Part shown: piece after piece, positions 1 through 11,000 of the stretch
Layout of the letters: the number at the start of each line of letters is the position of its first letter
Position numbering within the stretch: position 1 is the first letter of the stretch
Source of the DNA: Parasynechococcus marenigrum WH 8102
Lineage (GTDB): Bacteria > Cyanobacteriota > Cyanobacteriia > PCC-6307 > Cyanobiaceae
Reading direction: 5' to 3'
NCBI RefSeq assembly: GCF_000195975.1
Contig: NC_005070.1
Coordinates: 1,020,001-1,052,000, forward strand
DNA: 32,000 nt
Translations under genes and position numbers: made by a program
Notes under the pieces: generated by a model
Database searches by the model: none
What the model was told of the DNA's origin: nothing
Seen by the model: only the letters and a program-made list of their open reading frames with translations

Positions 1-1256
1 GGAACCATGGCCACTTCGCCTCGCAAATCCTTCAGGGGCAGGCGGTTGATGTCCACGCCATCCAGGAACAATTGGCCGTCCGGAACCGGCACCATCCGAC
101 CGAAGGCACGGGCCAGGGTTGTTTTGCCGCAGCCCACAGCACCAACCACGGCCACCAGTTCGCCGGGTTCAATGCAGAAATCAAGGCCGTTCAGGGTGTC
201 GCGCTCGGCTCCGTCGTAACGGATGCGCAAGCCGCGAGCTTCGAGTCGTCCGCGCCGCGGCTGTTCAACGTTGATCGGATCGTTGCCATCACGAATGGCA
301 GGTTGTCGCTGGAGCAGCTCCTCCACCCGTTCCAGACTCACCTGGCCGGTTTGGAACGTGTTGAGCGTGAAGCCCAACAACGCAGTGGGAAAAACCAGCT
401 GCTGCACATAGAAGACCAGGGCGACAAGCCCGCCGGTCGTGAGGCTGCCGTCGCTGAGCTTGCCGCTGCCTAGGGCCAGCAGCAACAGCAGGGAGATGGA
501 GGAAAGCCCCTCCAACAAAGGGAAGAGCGTGCTTCGAGTCCGTGCCAGACGGATGGCGCTGTTTCGGTAACTGCGGTTGCGCTGGGAAAACGCCTGCTGC
601 TCCGATGCTTCCTGGCCGTAGATCTTGATCGCTCCGATGCCGGAGAGGTCCTCCTGGATCAGATCGCTCAACCCAGACAGGTCCTCCTGTTGACGGCGTT
701 GCTGCTTCATCATTCGGCCGCCGAACAGGCGCACCACCGTCAGCATCACGGGATAGGGACCAATGGCAGCCAGGGTCAGCGATGGATCAATCGTCAACAT
801 CGCCGGCAGCGTCAGGCTGTAGGCCAGCAGGGTGTTGGTCAGGCTGAGAATGGCGAAGCCCAGCAGGCGGCGGATGTTCTCCACATCGCTGGTGGCCCGG
901 TTGTTCACATCACCACTCCCCGTGGTCTGCACCCAGGCCGGTTCCTGCCGAAGCATGTGGTCGAACAGGCTCTGGCGGAGTTCGACCTCCACCTGGCGGC
1001 CGACACCGAACACAAGCTGCCGCGACAGCAACCGCACGGCACCCATGGTGGTGGCCAGCAGCACGATCCAGGCGGCCTGGCTCAGGACGCGGTCATAGGC
1101 GAAGCCGACCTGCAACTCATCGATGACCCGGCGCACCTCCATCGGGATCGTGACGCTGAGGACATTGACCACCACCAGGGCGATCGCGCCGAAGATGACG
1201 GTTTTGCGATGAGGGCGCAGGTAACGGCCGATCAGGTCCAGGCGCATGGCCGCCAT
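1..1256 (-). CDS. ABC exporter, fused permease + ATP-binding domains (MsbA/ABCB-like); C-terminal part runs off the window
   Basis: Absent from the ORF track because it has no in-window stop. My reverse-strand translation from ATG (1256-1254) gives MAAMRLDLIGRYLRPHRKTVIFGAIALVVVNVLSVTIPMEVRRVIDEL..., a TM domain. The reverse complement of 117-164 reads GELVAVVGAVGCGKTT (Walker A) in the same frame. Confidence 0.85.
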   Translation of the reverse strand, partial: MAAMRLDLIGRYLRPHRKTVIFGAIALVVVNVLSVTIPMEVRRVIDELQVGFAYDRVLSQAAWIVLLATTMGAVRLLSRQLVFGVGRQVEVELRQSLFDHMLRQEPAWVQTTGSGDVNNRATSDVENIRRLLGFAILSLTNTLLAYSLTLPAMLTIDPSLTLAAIGPYPVMLTVVRLFGGRMMKQQRRQQEDLSGLSDLIQEDLSGIGAIKIYGQEASEQQAFSQRNRSYRNSAIRLARTRSTLFPLLEGLSSISLLLLLALGSGKLSDGSLTTGGLVALVFYVQQLVFPTALLGFTLNTFQTGQVSLERVEELLQRQPAIRDGNDPINVEQPRRGRLEARGLRIRYDGAERDTLNGLDFCIEPGELVAVVGAVGCGKTTLARAFGRMVPVPDGQLFLDGVDINRLPLKDLRGEVAMV

Positions 1257-1306
1257 GCGGTTTCCGATCAGGGCACGTCAACCTAGGTGGGTGTGGTACT
1301 CCACGG

Positions 1307-1630
1307 ATGTCTGATTCCCCGTCCGAGTCAACCCAGAGTCATCCTCTCCATGGGACCGACCGCGATTTGATCGATCGTCTGCTGGCCTGTGAAGCGCCTG
1401 GCGACGGTGAACTGACGGAACTAGCGCGTCTGCTGATTCGCTACGACGGCTTCCCCGGTGCTGAGGATCTGCAGCAGGACATGCAGCGGTTGCTGACCCT
1501 GTGGTCCCTCAGCCGGGACGAGCTCAACCATCAGGTGCGTGCGCTGTGGGCCGAGGGCTACCGCCCCGGTGCCGCAGCCTCTGACCCTGTGGGCTCCGGC
1601 TTCGACACCAGTGAGACCAGCGACGGCTGA
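1307..1630 (+). CDS. conserved cyanobacterial hypothetical protein (DUF3288-like, assignment from memory)
   Basis: 107-aa ATG ORF, 50 nt divergent from the ABC exporter. The segment ELARLLIRYDGFPGAEDLQQDMQRLL resembles the DUF3288 core. No overlapping better ORF. Confidence 0.7.
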   Translation: MSDSPSESTQSHPLHGTDRDLIDRLLACEAPGDGELTELARLLIRYDGFPGAEDLQQDMQRLLTLWSLSRDELNHQVRALWAEGYRPGAAASDPVGSGFDTSETSDG

Positions 1631-1688
1631 ATCTGGTCAGCTCAGCACTTCGTGGGGATAGTGGGTGCCCATGGGCTCATTCCGCTGC

Positions 1689-2723
1689 ATGTCACCTGCC
1701 TCTCCTTCATGGTCCGGTCTGCTGGAGCTGCTGTTGTGCGGTGAAAGCCTGTCCGCTGCACAGGCGACGGACCTGATGCAGGCCTGGCTGTCCGAGTCCC
1801 TGACCCCTGTTCAGACCGGTGCCTTTCTGGCCGGTCTCCGGGCCAAGGGGATGGAGGCCGAGGAGCTGGCGGCGATGGCGGCGGTGCTGCGTGAGGCTTG
1901 TCCATTGCCCTGTGCCCGCCCCGATCGGTTTTTGGTGGACACCTGCGGCACGGGCGGCGATGGTGCCGACACCTTCAACATCTCCACCGCCGTTGCCTTC
2001 ACCGCTGCGGCTTGCGGCGTGGAGGTGGCGAAACACGGCAATCGCAGTGCCAGTGGCAAGGTTGGTTCCGCCGATGTGCTTGAGGGGCTGGGCCTGAACC
2101 TCAAAGCACCGTTGCAGTTGGTCGTCGACGCGATTCCTGCCGCCGGCGTCACATTTTTATTCGCTCCGGCCTGGCATCCGGCTCTGGTGAATCTGGCGCC
2201 CTTGCGACGCAGTCTCGGTGTGCGCACAGTGTTCAATCTGCTTGGGCCGCTGGTCAATCCGTTGAAACCACAGGCACAGGTGCTGGGGGTCGCGAAGAAG
2301 GATCTTCTGGATCCCATGGCTGGAGCCCTGCAACGTCTTGGATTGGAGCGAGCCGTGGTCGTCCACGGCGCCGGAGGGCTGGATGAGGCGTCGCTGGCAG
2401 GTCCCAATGACCTGCGCTTCATCGAAGCTGGCGCCATCCGCTCGCTTCAGCTCTCTCCTGACGAACTCGGATTGGCAACGGCGGATCTCGAGACGTTGAA
2501 AGGCGGTGACCTGGACTGCAACCAGACCATCCTTCAGCAGGTGCTCCAGGGCCGTGGGGAACCAGCCCAGCGGGATGTGGTCGCGTTGAATACAGCCCTG
2601 GTGCTGTGGGCCGCTGGGATCGACACGGATCTGTCCTCTGCCGCGGCCCGCGCCGCCGAAGCCCTGGATCAAGGCCTTCCCTGGACCCGGCTGGAGACCC
2701 TGCGCCAGCACCTGGCCAGCTGA
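1689..2723 (+). CDS. trpD: anthranilate phosphoribosyltransferase
   Basis: Motifs [17 protein letters not shown] and [18 protein letters not shown]. The ORF opens at GTG 1665. ATG 1671 and ATG 1689 are alternative starts. Confidence 0.93.
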   Translation: MSPASPSWSGLLELLLCGESLSAAQATDLMQAWLSESLTPVQTGAFLAGLRAKGMEAEELAAMAAVLREACPLPCARPDRFLVDTCGTGGDGADTFNISTAVAFTAAACGVEVAKHGNRSASGKVGSADVLEGLGLNLKAPLQLVVDAIPAAGVTFLFAPAWHPALVNLAPLRRSLGVRTVFNLLGPLVNPLKPQAQVLGVAKKDLLDPMAGALQRLGLERAVVVHGAGGLDEASLAGPNDLRFIEAGAIRSLQLSPDELGLATADLETLKGGDLDCNQTILQQVLQGRGEPAQRDVVALNTALVLWAAGIDTDLSSAAARAAEALDQGLPWTRLETLRQHLAS

Positions 2724-2731
2724 AATGGACA

Positions 2732-3916
2732 ATGAAGGGTGATGACCGTCAGCTTTTCGGCCTGATGCCCCACCCTTCGTCACGTCAGGCTCATCTCGTG
2801 CTGGCCGATGGCACGGTTCTCACGGGTGACGCGTTCGGGCACCGCGGCTCCGTGGTGGGTGAGGTGGTGTTCAACACCGGAATGACCGGATACCAGGAGG
2901 TCCTGACGGACCCGTCCTATGCCGGGCAGCTGGTCACCTTCACCTACCCCGAACTGGGAAACACCGGCGTGAATGGGGATGATCAGGAGGCCGACCATCC
3001 CCATGCCAGGGGAGTGATCGCCCGCCAGCTCGCCCCATGTGCCAGCAACTGGCGCTGTTCGGAATCCCTGGACAACTGGATGGAACGCCACGGTCTTGTG
3101 GGCATCTGCGGTGTCGACACCCGTGCCTTGGTGCGTCGACTTCGAGACGGCGGAGCCATCAATGGTGTGATCAGCAGCGATGGACGTTCGCCCGCTGACC
3201 TGCTGGCCGAGGTCCGTCACGCCCCGAGCATGGAGGGTCTGAATCTGGCCAGCCAGGTCAGTACCACTGAGCCCTACGAATGGTCGTCGCCATGCCGTGT
3301 CGGTTTCGATCAGCGGCTGAAACAGCATCCCGACCTCCCCTACCGCGTGGTCGCGATTGACTTCGGCATTAAGCGGGCGATCCTCGACCGTCTGGTCGCC
3401 CATGGCTGTGCGGTCACCGTTCTGCCCTCGGATGCCGATCTGGACACGGTGATGTCCCATCAGCCAGAGGGGGTTTTCCTCTCTAATGGCCCTGGCGATC
3501 CGGCTGCGGTGGACAGCGGCATCGACCTGGCCCGATCCCTGCTGGAGCGGGCCAACCTGCCGTTGTTCGGGATCTGCCTCGGCCATCAGATTCTTGGCCT
3601 TGCCTTGGGAGGGAAGACCTTCAAGCTCGGCTACGGCCACCGTGGTCTGAACCATCCCTGCGGCACGAGCGGTCAGGTGGAGATCACCAGCCAGAACCAC
3701 GGCTTTGCCATTTCCGCTGACTCACTGCCGGAGCCGATGGTTGAGGTCACCCATCTCAATCTCAACGACCGCACCGTTGCGGCGTTTCAGCATCGCCATC
3801 AACCGGTGTTTGGCATCCAGTACCACCCGGAGGCCAGCCCCGGACCCCACGACGCGGATCACCATTTTGGTCGCTTCGTTGCGTTGATGGCGGATCGTCG
3901 GGACGTCGGTGGTTGA
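2732..3916 (+). CDS. carA: carbamoyl-phosphate synthase small (glutamine amidotransferase) subunit
   Basis: [24 protein letters not shown]-domain, and a GATase region with LFGICLGHQ and [13 protein letters not shown]. The track ORF starts at 2606 inside trpD. The first ATGs after the trpD stop (2723) are 2732 and 2765. Confidence 0.93.
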   Translation: MKGDDRQLFGLMPHPSSRQAHLVLADGTVLTGDAFGHRGSVVGEVVFNTGMTGYQEVLTDPSYAGQLVTFTYPELGNTGVNGDDQEADHPHARGVIARQLAPCASNWRCSESLDNWMERHGLVGICGVDTRALVRRLRDGGAINGVISSDGRSPADLLAEVRHAPSMEGLNLASQVSTTEPYEWSSPCRVGFDQRLKQHPDLPYRVVAIDFGIKRAILDRLVAHGCAVTVLPSDADLDTVMSHQPEGVFLSNGPGDPAAVDSGIDLARSLLERANLPLFGICLGHQILGLALGGKTFKLGYGHRGLNHPCGTSGQVEITSQNHGFAISADSLPEPMVEVTHLNLNDRTVAAFQHRHQPVFGIQYHPEASPGPHDADHHFGRFVALMADRRDVGG

Positions 3917-3949
3917 CAACCGTCAGCATCACTACACTTCGTGGCGTGA

Positions 3950-4336
3950 TTGCGTGGGGAGACTGGACCCATCAGTGAACTGCAGCGACTGACGGTCTCT
4001 CTGCGTGGAGGCTTCGAACAACAGAACGGCTGTCTGGTGTTTCATTTCACCGGTCAGTTGGACGCCTACTCCGAGAAGCAGTTCATGGAGTACGTCGTCG
4101 ACGTGCTGAAGGCCAGCAAACTCCCTGCTGTAATCGACCTCAGCAAGATCGATTTTCTGGACTCATCCGGATTGGGTGCCCTTGTTCAGCTCGCCAAGCA
4201 GTGCACGGATGCCAAGCGCGCGTTTTCCCTTGTGGGGAACTCCCGTGTGATGCAGACGGTGAAACTTGTGCGTCTGGAAGAGTTTCTGCATCTGGCCCAG
4301 GATCTGCCGTCGGCCCTCAGCAACCTGGCGGCTTGA
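3950..4336 (+). CDS. STAS-domain protein (anti-sigma-factor antagonist, SpoIIAA-like)
   Basis: 128-aa ORF with the typical STAS segment IDLSKIDFLDSSGLGALVQL. TTG start at 3950, with no in-frame ATG near the N-terminus. No partner kinase or anti-sigma gene nearby. Confidence 0.8.
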   Translation: MRGETGPISELQRLTVSLRGGFEQQNGCLVFHFTGQLDAYSEKQFMEYVVDVLKASKLPAVIDLSKIDFLDSSGLGALVQLAKQCTDAKRAFSLVGNSRVMQTVKLVRLEEFLHLAQDLPSALSNLAA

Positions 4337-4758
4337 GCGAGTGGATCCGGGGGCAGACCGCCGGCGGCAGCGCTGGTGACCTCGGTCCGCTTCAGTTGGC
4401 GTGGTTGGGTGATGCGGTCTGGGAATTGCACCAACGTTTGCGCTTCTGCCGCTCACCCGGTCGTGCCGATGTGTTGCACCGCGCCGTAGTGGCCAAGGTC
4501 TGTGCCGAGGCACAGGCCGAGGCCCTTGGCCGCCTTGATCCTGTCTTGAGCGAGCAGGAGCGGGATTTGGTGCGTCGTGGCCGCAATCGGGCCGGTCGCG
4601 GACCCAAGCGATCCGATGCGGCTGTTTACGGACTCGCCACAGGGTTTGAGACAATGGTGGGCTGGCTGTATTTGAACGACCCAGCGCGCCTGGCGGAGCT
4701 TCTCGATCACTTGGATCAGGCCGGCACCCTCTCAACATCCTCAACACCTCGCCCATGA
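4333..4758 (+). CDS. mrnC: Mini-ribonuclease 3 (Mini-III)
   Basis: LAWLGDAVWELHQRLRF...AKVCAEAQAEAL..LSEQERDLVRRGRN...YGLATGFETMVGWLYL matches the Mini-III family pattern. The probable TTG start at 4333 overlaps the STAS stop (TTGA). The track ORF start at 4201 lies inside the STAS gene. Confidence 0.8.
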   Translation: MSEWIRGQTAGGSAGDLGPLQLAWLGDAVWELHQRLRFCRSPGRADVLHRAVVAKVCAEAQAEALGRLDPVLSEQERDLVRRGRNRAGRGPKRSDAAVYGLATGFETMVGWLYLNDPARLAELLDHLDQAGTLSTSSTPRP

Positions 4759-6197
4759 GCCCTCGCTTTGAACGCCGTCCCGGCGGTTCGTCCAGGACTG
4801 GACGACCGGGGCGCAGCGACCGACGTCGTCCTGATGCCGACGCTGAGGCTGATGCCGGCCGCCGCGAGTGGAACCGAGAGGCACCGGTCCGCCGGGGGCG
4901 CATGGACGACCGTCGCCGGGGTCGCTCCGATGAAGAGCAGCGCGCCCGTCCTGATCGGGGCGACCGTGCAGGCCGTGGACGTTTCATGGCAGACCGGCGT
5001 CCTGAGCGCCCCTCGCGTCGGGAGGGGCGTCAGGGCGATCAACGCCCTTACAGCGATCGTCGTGATCCACCCCGTGACGAGCGTTCCGAAGGACGTTCCG
5101 AAGTACGTCGGGATGACCCTCGCATGGATCGCCGTTTCGATCGTCGAGATGAAGCACAGGGGGACCGACGGGGTGACCGGCGTCCGTCCTTTCAACGGGA
5201 GCGCTCGCGGCTCCCATTCAGGGATCGCACTCCGCGCAAGCCTGAGGGGGAGGCTGCTGCTGCCACGCCGCCAGCGGATGATCTGGTCTGGGGCCGTCAT
5301 TCAGCACTCGCGGCCCTGGAAGCCGGTCGACCGATCCATCGCATCTGGTGCACCCCGGAGATGCGAAGCGCCGCCAAGTTTCTGCAACTGCTTCGCGATG
5401 CCAAGGCCTCCGGTGTGCTGGTGGAGGAGGTCACCTGGGCCCGCCTGGGGCAGATCACCGGAGGCTCGGTGCACCAGGGCATTGCCCTGCAGACAGCAGC
5501 GGCTGAAACGATCGATCTGGAGAGCCTGATTGAAGGCTGTTCCGATCTGGGGGAACCGCCATTGCTGCTGGCCCTCGATGGCGTCACGGATCCCCACAAC
5601 CTCGGCGCTGTGGTCCGCTCGGCTGAGGCCATGGGAGCCCATGGCGTGGTGTTGCCCCAACGACGCAGTGCCGGTCTGACGGGGTCGGCGGCGAAGGTGG
5701 CTGCAGGAGCCCTTGAACACCTCCCCGTGGCGCGGGTGGTCAACCTCAACCGCTCTCTTGAAAAGCTCAAGGATGCCGGCTATCGGGTGATTGGCCTTGC
5801 CGGTGAGGGCGATGTGACCCTGCCTGATGTGGATCTGAGTGGGCCGCTGGTGCTGGTGACCGGTTCGGAGGATCAGGGGCTATCCCTGCTGACACGCCGC
5901 CACTGCGACCAATTGGTGCGGATTCCGCTGCGGGGGGTCACGCCAAGCCTGAATGCATCTGTGGCAACGGCGCTTTGCGTGTATGAGGTGGCCCGTCGCA
6001 ACTGGATGAAGGACATCCATGGTCAGGCTCCGTCGCCGCCGATTCAGCGGGCGCGCATGGCTGGTCAGCGCGACGACGACTCGCCAGCACCACAGGTTGA
6101 GACGACGCAGCCTGAGGAGCGCATCGAACTGGACCTTGAACGCCGAGATCTCGATGCAGGACTCGAGTTTGATCAGAGCATCCAGCTTTCTCCCTGA
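4755..6197 (+). CDS. rlmB: SpoU/TrmH-family 23S rRNA 2'-O-methyltransferase (RlmB-like) with long Arg/Asp-rich N-terminal and acidic C-terminal extensions
   Basis: Catalytic part: VWGRHSALAALEAGRPIHRIW, LLLALDGVTDPHNLGAVVRSAEAMGAHGVVLP, LVTGSEDQGLS, IPLRGVTPSLNASVATALCVYE. The ATG overlaps the mrnC stop (ATGA). Confidence 0.85.
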   Translation: MSPRFERRPGGSSRTGRPGRSDRRRPDADAEADAGRREWNREAPVRRGRMDDRRRGRSDEEQRARPDRGDRAGRGRFMADRRPERPSRREGRQGDQRPYSDRRDPPRDERSEGRSEVRRDDPRMDRRFDRRDEAQGDRRGDRRPSFQRERSRLPFRDRTPRKPEGEAAAATPPADDLVWGRHSALAALEAGRPIHRIWCTPEMRSAAKFLQLLRDAKASGVLVEEVTWARLGQITGGSVHQGIALQTAAAETIDLESLIEGCSDLGEPPLLLALDGVTDPHNLGAVVRSAEAMGAHGVVLPQRRSAGLTGSAAKVAAGALEHLPVARVVNLNRSLEKLKDAGYRVIGLAGEGDVTLPDVDLSGPLVLVTGSEDQGLSLLTRRHCDQLVRIPLRGVTPSLNASVATALCVYEVARRNWMKDIHGQAPSPPIQRARMAGQRDDDSPAPQVETTQPEERIELDLERRDLDAGLEFDQSIQLSP

Positions 6198-6254
6198 GTT
6201 GACCGTGTTATTTGGCCTGGTCGGTGCAAAATGCCCTAACAACATTTGAGCTCC

Positions 6255-6500
6255 ATGAGCCCTTTGATCCGGCCGCTGCGCAGCCTCGCCAATGGTGTCG
6301 GGCTGGCTTGGTGGGCCCGTGTTGAGACCACCGGGCCCGATGTCACGTACTGGTTCGGTCCTTTCCTGACCCGCACGGGGCTGGAAGCTGAGCTCGCCAC
6401 CTTCCTTGAGGATGTGGGTTCAGAGCAGCCCCGGTCCATTCGTCACACCCTGCTGCGCACCCGTCGCAGCGAGCCATTGACCACCGCTGCCGAGGGGTGA
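6255..6500 (+). CDS. conserved cyanobacterial hypothetical protein (DUF1816-like, from memory)
   Basis: The core [32 protein letters not shown] resembles DUF1816. The ORF opens at TTG 6246 and the first ATG is at 6255. Confidence 0.7.
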
Positions 6501-6543
6501 TCCTGCGGCTGATAGCGTCGCTCCTGCAACAGATCGCAGTTTC

Positions 6544-8004
6544 ATGACGATCAGCGCGTGGCGTCAGCGACTGCAGGCTGGTGGAGTCTCATCCAGGGAG
6601 CTGGTAGATGAGCATCTGCAGCGTTTGGAGCAGTCAGAGCCGTCGCTCAACGCCTTTGTGGAGGTCACAGCTGAACGGGCCCGCGCTGACGCCGATCGTG
6701 TCGATCAGGCCCGTGCTGCCGGTGAGGACCTCGGTCCGCTCGCGGGTCTGCCGCTGGCGATCAAGGACAACCTCTGCACCCGCGGTGTCCGCACCACCTG
6801 CTCGAGCCGCATGCTCGAACAGTTCGTGCCGCCCTACGAGTCCACCGTGACGGATCGGCTCTGGGGCGCTGGAGCGGTGTTGGTCGGCAAAACCAACTTG
6901 GATGAATTCGCCATGGGCGGCTCCACCGAGACATCGGCCTTTGGTGCCACCAAAAACCCATGGAACATCGAGCACGTTCCCGGTGGCAGCTCCGGTGGTA
7001 GTGCAGCGGCCGTGGCATCGGGTAGTTGTCTTGCATCCCTGGGCTCAGATACCGGTGGTTCGATCCGCCAGCCGGCATCGTTCTGTGGTGTTGTTGGCTT
7101 GAAACCCACCTACGGCAGGGTCAGCCGTTGGGGATTGGTTGCGTTTGCCAGTTCCCTGGATCAGGTCGGTCCCTTTGCCGGCTGTGTGGCGGATGCGGCT
7201 GAGCTGCTTCAGGTGATCGCCGGTCACGACCAGCGTGATTCCACCTGTCTAACAGCGGATGTTCCCAATTACAGCGCTGGTCTGGCTGCATCGATCAAGG
7301 GGCTGAGGGTCGGTGTGATCCGGGAATGCTTCGAGGCGGAAGGACTGGATGCCGAGGTCAAGGCTTCGGTGCAGGCGTCTGCGGCTCAACTGGAGGCTCT
7401 CGGTGCCGAACTGGTGGATGTGAGCTGTCCACGCTTCAACGACGGCATCGCCACGTACTACGTGATTGCTCCGTCGGAGGCATCGGCCAATCTGGCGCGA
7501 TACGACGGTGTGAAGTACGGCTTCCGTGCTGAGGAAGCCGAGAGCCTGGCGTCAATGACGGCCCGAAGCCGGGCAGAAGGTTTTGGCGCGGAAGTGCAGC
7601 GGCGGATCCTGATCGGGACCTATGCCCTTTCGGCCGGTTATGTGGACGCCTACTACCGCAAGGCCCAGCAGGTTCGAACGCTGATTCGACGGGATTTCGA
7701 TGCTGCGTTCCAGCAGGTGGATGTTCTGCTGACCCCCACGGCGCCGTCGCCGGCGTTCAAGGCGGGTGCCCATGCCGATGACCCGCTGGCGATGTATCTG
7801 GCAGACCTGCTCACGATTCCGGTGAACCTGGCAGGCCTCCCGGCAATCAGTGTTCCCTGTGGATTCAGTGCTGCTGGCTTGCCGATCGGGATGCAGCTGA
7901 TCGGCAATGTGCTCGACGAGGCGCGTCTGCTGCAGGTGGCTCACCAGTACGAGCAGGCTGCTGATGTGTTCGCGCAACGTCCTGAAGCCTCTTTGGTCCC
8001 CTGA
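6544..8004 (+). CDS. gatA: Glu-tRNA(Gln)/Asp-tRNA(Asn) amidotransferase subunit A
   Basis: 486 aa with the amidase signature: [54 protein letters not shown]. Confidence 0.95.
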
Positions 8005-8072
8005 TCCACCACATCTGGTGCCCCGGCCATTGATCGCACGCTTGATCTTGCGTTAGGACCTAGGCTGGAGCT

Positions 8073-11000
8073 ATGGCATTCGTTCCGCTCCACAACCACA
8101 GCGATTACAGCCTGCTGGATGGCGCATCGCAGCTTCCGGCCATGGTGGAGCGCGCCAAGGAACTGGGCATGCCAGCCATTGCCCTGACGGATCACGGGGT
8201 GATGTATGGCGCCATTGAGCTGCTGAAACTCTGCAAGGGCTCCGATCTCAAGCCGATCATCGGCAATGAGATGTATGTGATCAATGGATCCATCGATGAT
8301 CCTCAGCCGAAGAAAGAGAAGCGCTACCACCTGGTTGTTCTGGCCAAGAATGCCGTCGGCTACCGCAACCTGGTGAAGCTGACGAGCATCAGCCATCTGC
8401 GGGGAATGCGGGGGCGGGGGATATTTTCGCGCGCCTGCATTGATAAGCACCTTCTCAAAACCTATAGCGAAGGTTTGATCATCTCCACCGCCTGTCTCGG
8501 TGGAGAATTGCCGCAGGCAATCCTGCGGGGGCGGCCGGATGTTGCCCGCAATGTGGCCCGTTGGTATCAGGAGGTTTTCGGGGAAGATTTCTATCTTGAA
8601 ATTCAGGATCATGGCTCTCCTGAAGACAGGATTGTCAACGTTGAACTTGTGCGCATCGCCCAAGAACTCGGCATCCAATTGGTGGCCACCAACGATGCTC
8701 ATTACCTGAGCAAGCAGGATGTGGAGGCGCACGATGCCTTGCTTTGCGTGCTCACGGGCAAACTCATCAGCGACGAGAAACGACTTCGTTACACCGGCAC
8801 GGAATATATCAAGACCGAAGAGGAGATGAACCGACTCTTCGTGGATCATCTAGAGCCGGATGTTGTGCGTCAAGCCATCGCCAACACCGTGGCTGTTGCC
8901 GAGAAAGTTGAGGACTACGACATCCTCGGCCACTACCAGATGCCTCGCTTTCCCATTCCTGAGGGACACACTGCAGTGACCTACCTGCGAGAGGTCACAG
9001 AGCAAGGTTTGCGGGAGCGACTCGAGCTGTCCTCCGATGCATCCATTCCGGAGAACTACGCCGAGCGGATGGCCCATGAGCTCAAAATCATGGAACAGAT
9101 GGGGTTCCCCACCTACTTCCTTGTGGTGTGGGATTACATCCGTTTCGCGCGTGAACAAAAGATTCCAGTGGGGCCCGGCCGAGGTTCGGCGGCGGGATCC
9201 CTCGTGGCTTATGCCCTTGGCATCACCAATATTGATCCAGTGACCAACGGATTGTTGTTTGAACGTTTCCTCAATCCGGAACGCAAATCGATGCCTGATA
9301 TTGACACCGACTTCTGCATTGAACGACGTAGTGAAGTGATTGATTACGTCACTGAACGCTATGGCGACGACAAAGTGGCCCAGATCATCACTTTCAACAG
9401 GATGACATCCAAGGCTGTGCTGAAGGATGTGGCCCGGGTCTTGGACATTCCCTACGGCGATGCCGACCGGCTGGCGAAATTGATTCCTGTGGTCCGTGGA
9501 AAGCCCGCCAAATTGAAGGCCATGATTGGTGAGGAGTCACCAACGCCGGAATTCCGCGAGAAATACGAATCCGACCCAGTTGTGAAGCGCTGGGTAGATA
9601 TGGCCATGCGCATCGAGGGAACCAACAAAACCTTCGGTGTGCATGCAGCGGGCGTGGTGATTGCCGCTGATCCATTGGATGAATTGGTGCCATTGCAGCG
9701 CAACAACGATGGTCAGGTGATTACGCAGTACTTCATGGAAGATGTGGAATCCATGGGTCTGTTGAAGATGGACTTTCTGGGCCTCAAGAATCTCACGATG
9801 ATTGATAAAACCCTGGAATTGGTGGAAGTCAGCAGCGGAACGCGGCTGGATCCCGACAAGCTTCCGCCTGAGGATGCCGACACCTTCGCCTTGCTGGCCC
9901 GTGGGGATCTGGAAGGCATCTTCCAGCTGGAGTCCAGTGGCATGCGTCAGATCGTCCGTGATCTGAAGCCGTCCTCCCTGGAGGACATTTCATCAATCCT
10001 GGCGCTGTATCGACCCGGGCCTTTGGATGCCGGCCTGATTCCCAAATTCATCAACCGCAAACATGGCCGCGAAGCCATTGACTTCGCCCACACGATTTTG
10101 GAGCCGATTCTGAGTGAAACCTACGGAATCATGGTCTACCAGGAGCAGATCATGCGCATTGCCCAGGATCTCGCCGGTTATTCCCTCGGCCAGGCAGATC
10201 TGCTTCGGCGGGCGATGGGCAAGAAAAAAGTGGCGGAGATGCAGAAGCATCGCGGCATCTTTGTGAAGGGTGCTGCCGAGCGGGGTGTGGATGAGGCGGT
10301 CTCGGATGAACTGTTTGATCAGATGGTGCTGTTCGCCGAATACTGCTTCAACAAGAGCCATTCCACGGCCTATGGCGCCGTCACCTATCAAACGGCCTAT
10401 CTGAAAGCGCATTACCCCGTCGCCTACATGGCCGCCCTGCTCACGGTGAATGCCGGTGCAGCCGACAAGGTGCAGCGGTACATCGCCAATTGCAATGCCA
10501 TGGGCATCGAGGTGATGCCACCGGACGTCAATGCCTCCCGCACAGATTTCACTCCGAACGGCGATCGCATCCTCTTCGGTTTATCCGCTGTTCGAAACCT
10601 TGGCGATGGGGCCATCCGTCAGTTGATTCGTTCACGGGATAGCGATGGCCCGTTCCGGTCGCTGCCGGATCTTTGTGATCGGATCCCTTCCTCGGTGCTC
10701 AACCGCCGCGGACTGGAATCTCTGATTCACTGCGGTGCCTTGGATTCCATGGATCCAGCCGCTAACCGAGCCCAGTTGATGGCTGATCTCGATCTTCTCC
10801 TCGACTGGGCCTCGTCGAGAGCCAAGGACCGTGACAGTGGCCAAGGCAACCTGTTCGACCTGATGGCAGCTCCGAACGATGAGGACGGTGCCTCTGATCT
10901 CAGTCTCGCTCCCAAGGCCGCTCCGGTGGCGGATTACGGCCCAGCCGAGAAGCTCAAGCTGGAGAAGGAGCTGCTTGGTTTCTATCTGTCCGACCATCCG

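Noticed and set aside
72-1286. Plus-strand ORFs 72-473 and 690-1286
   Set aside because: The opposite strand encodes a clear ABC exporter, with TM domain and Walker A in one continuous frame. The plus-strand translations are Gln/His/Gly-rich artefacts.
4163-5529. Multiple long alternate-frame ORFs (4163-4987 -, 4716-5300 -, 4768-5529 +) over the rlmB 5' region
   Set aside because: They overlap the Arg-rich extension, where CGN/GAC-rich sequence keeps several frames open. Only the 4755 frame continues into a recognisable methyltransferase domain and is anchored by the ATGA overlap with mrnC.
7941-8849. 302-aa minus-strand ORF
   Set aside because: It is antisense to the PHP domain of dnaE and has no recognisable motifs.
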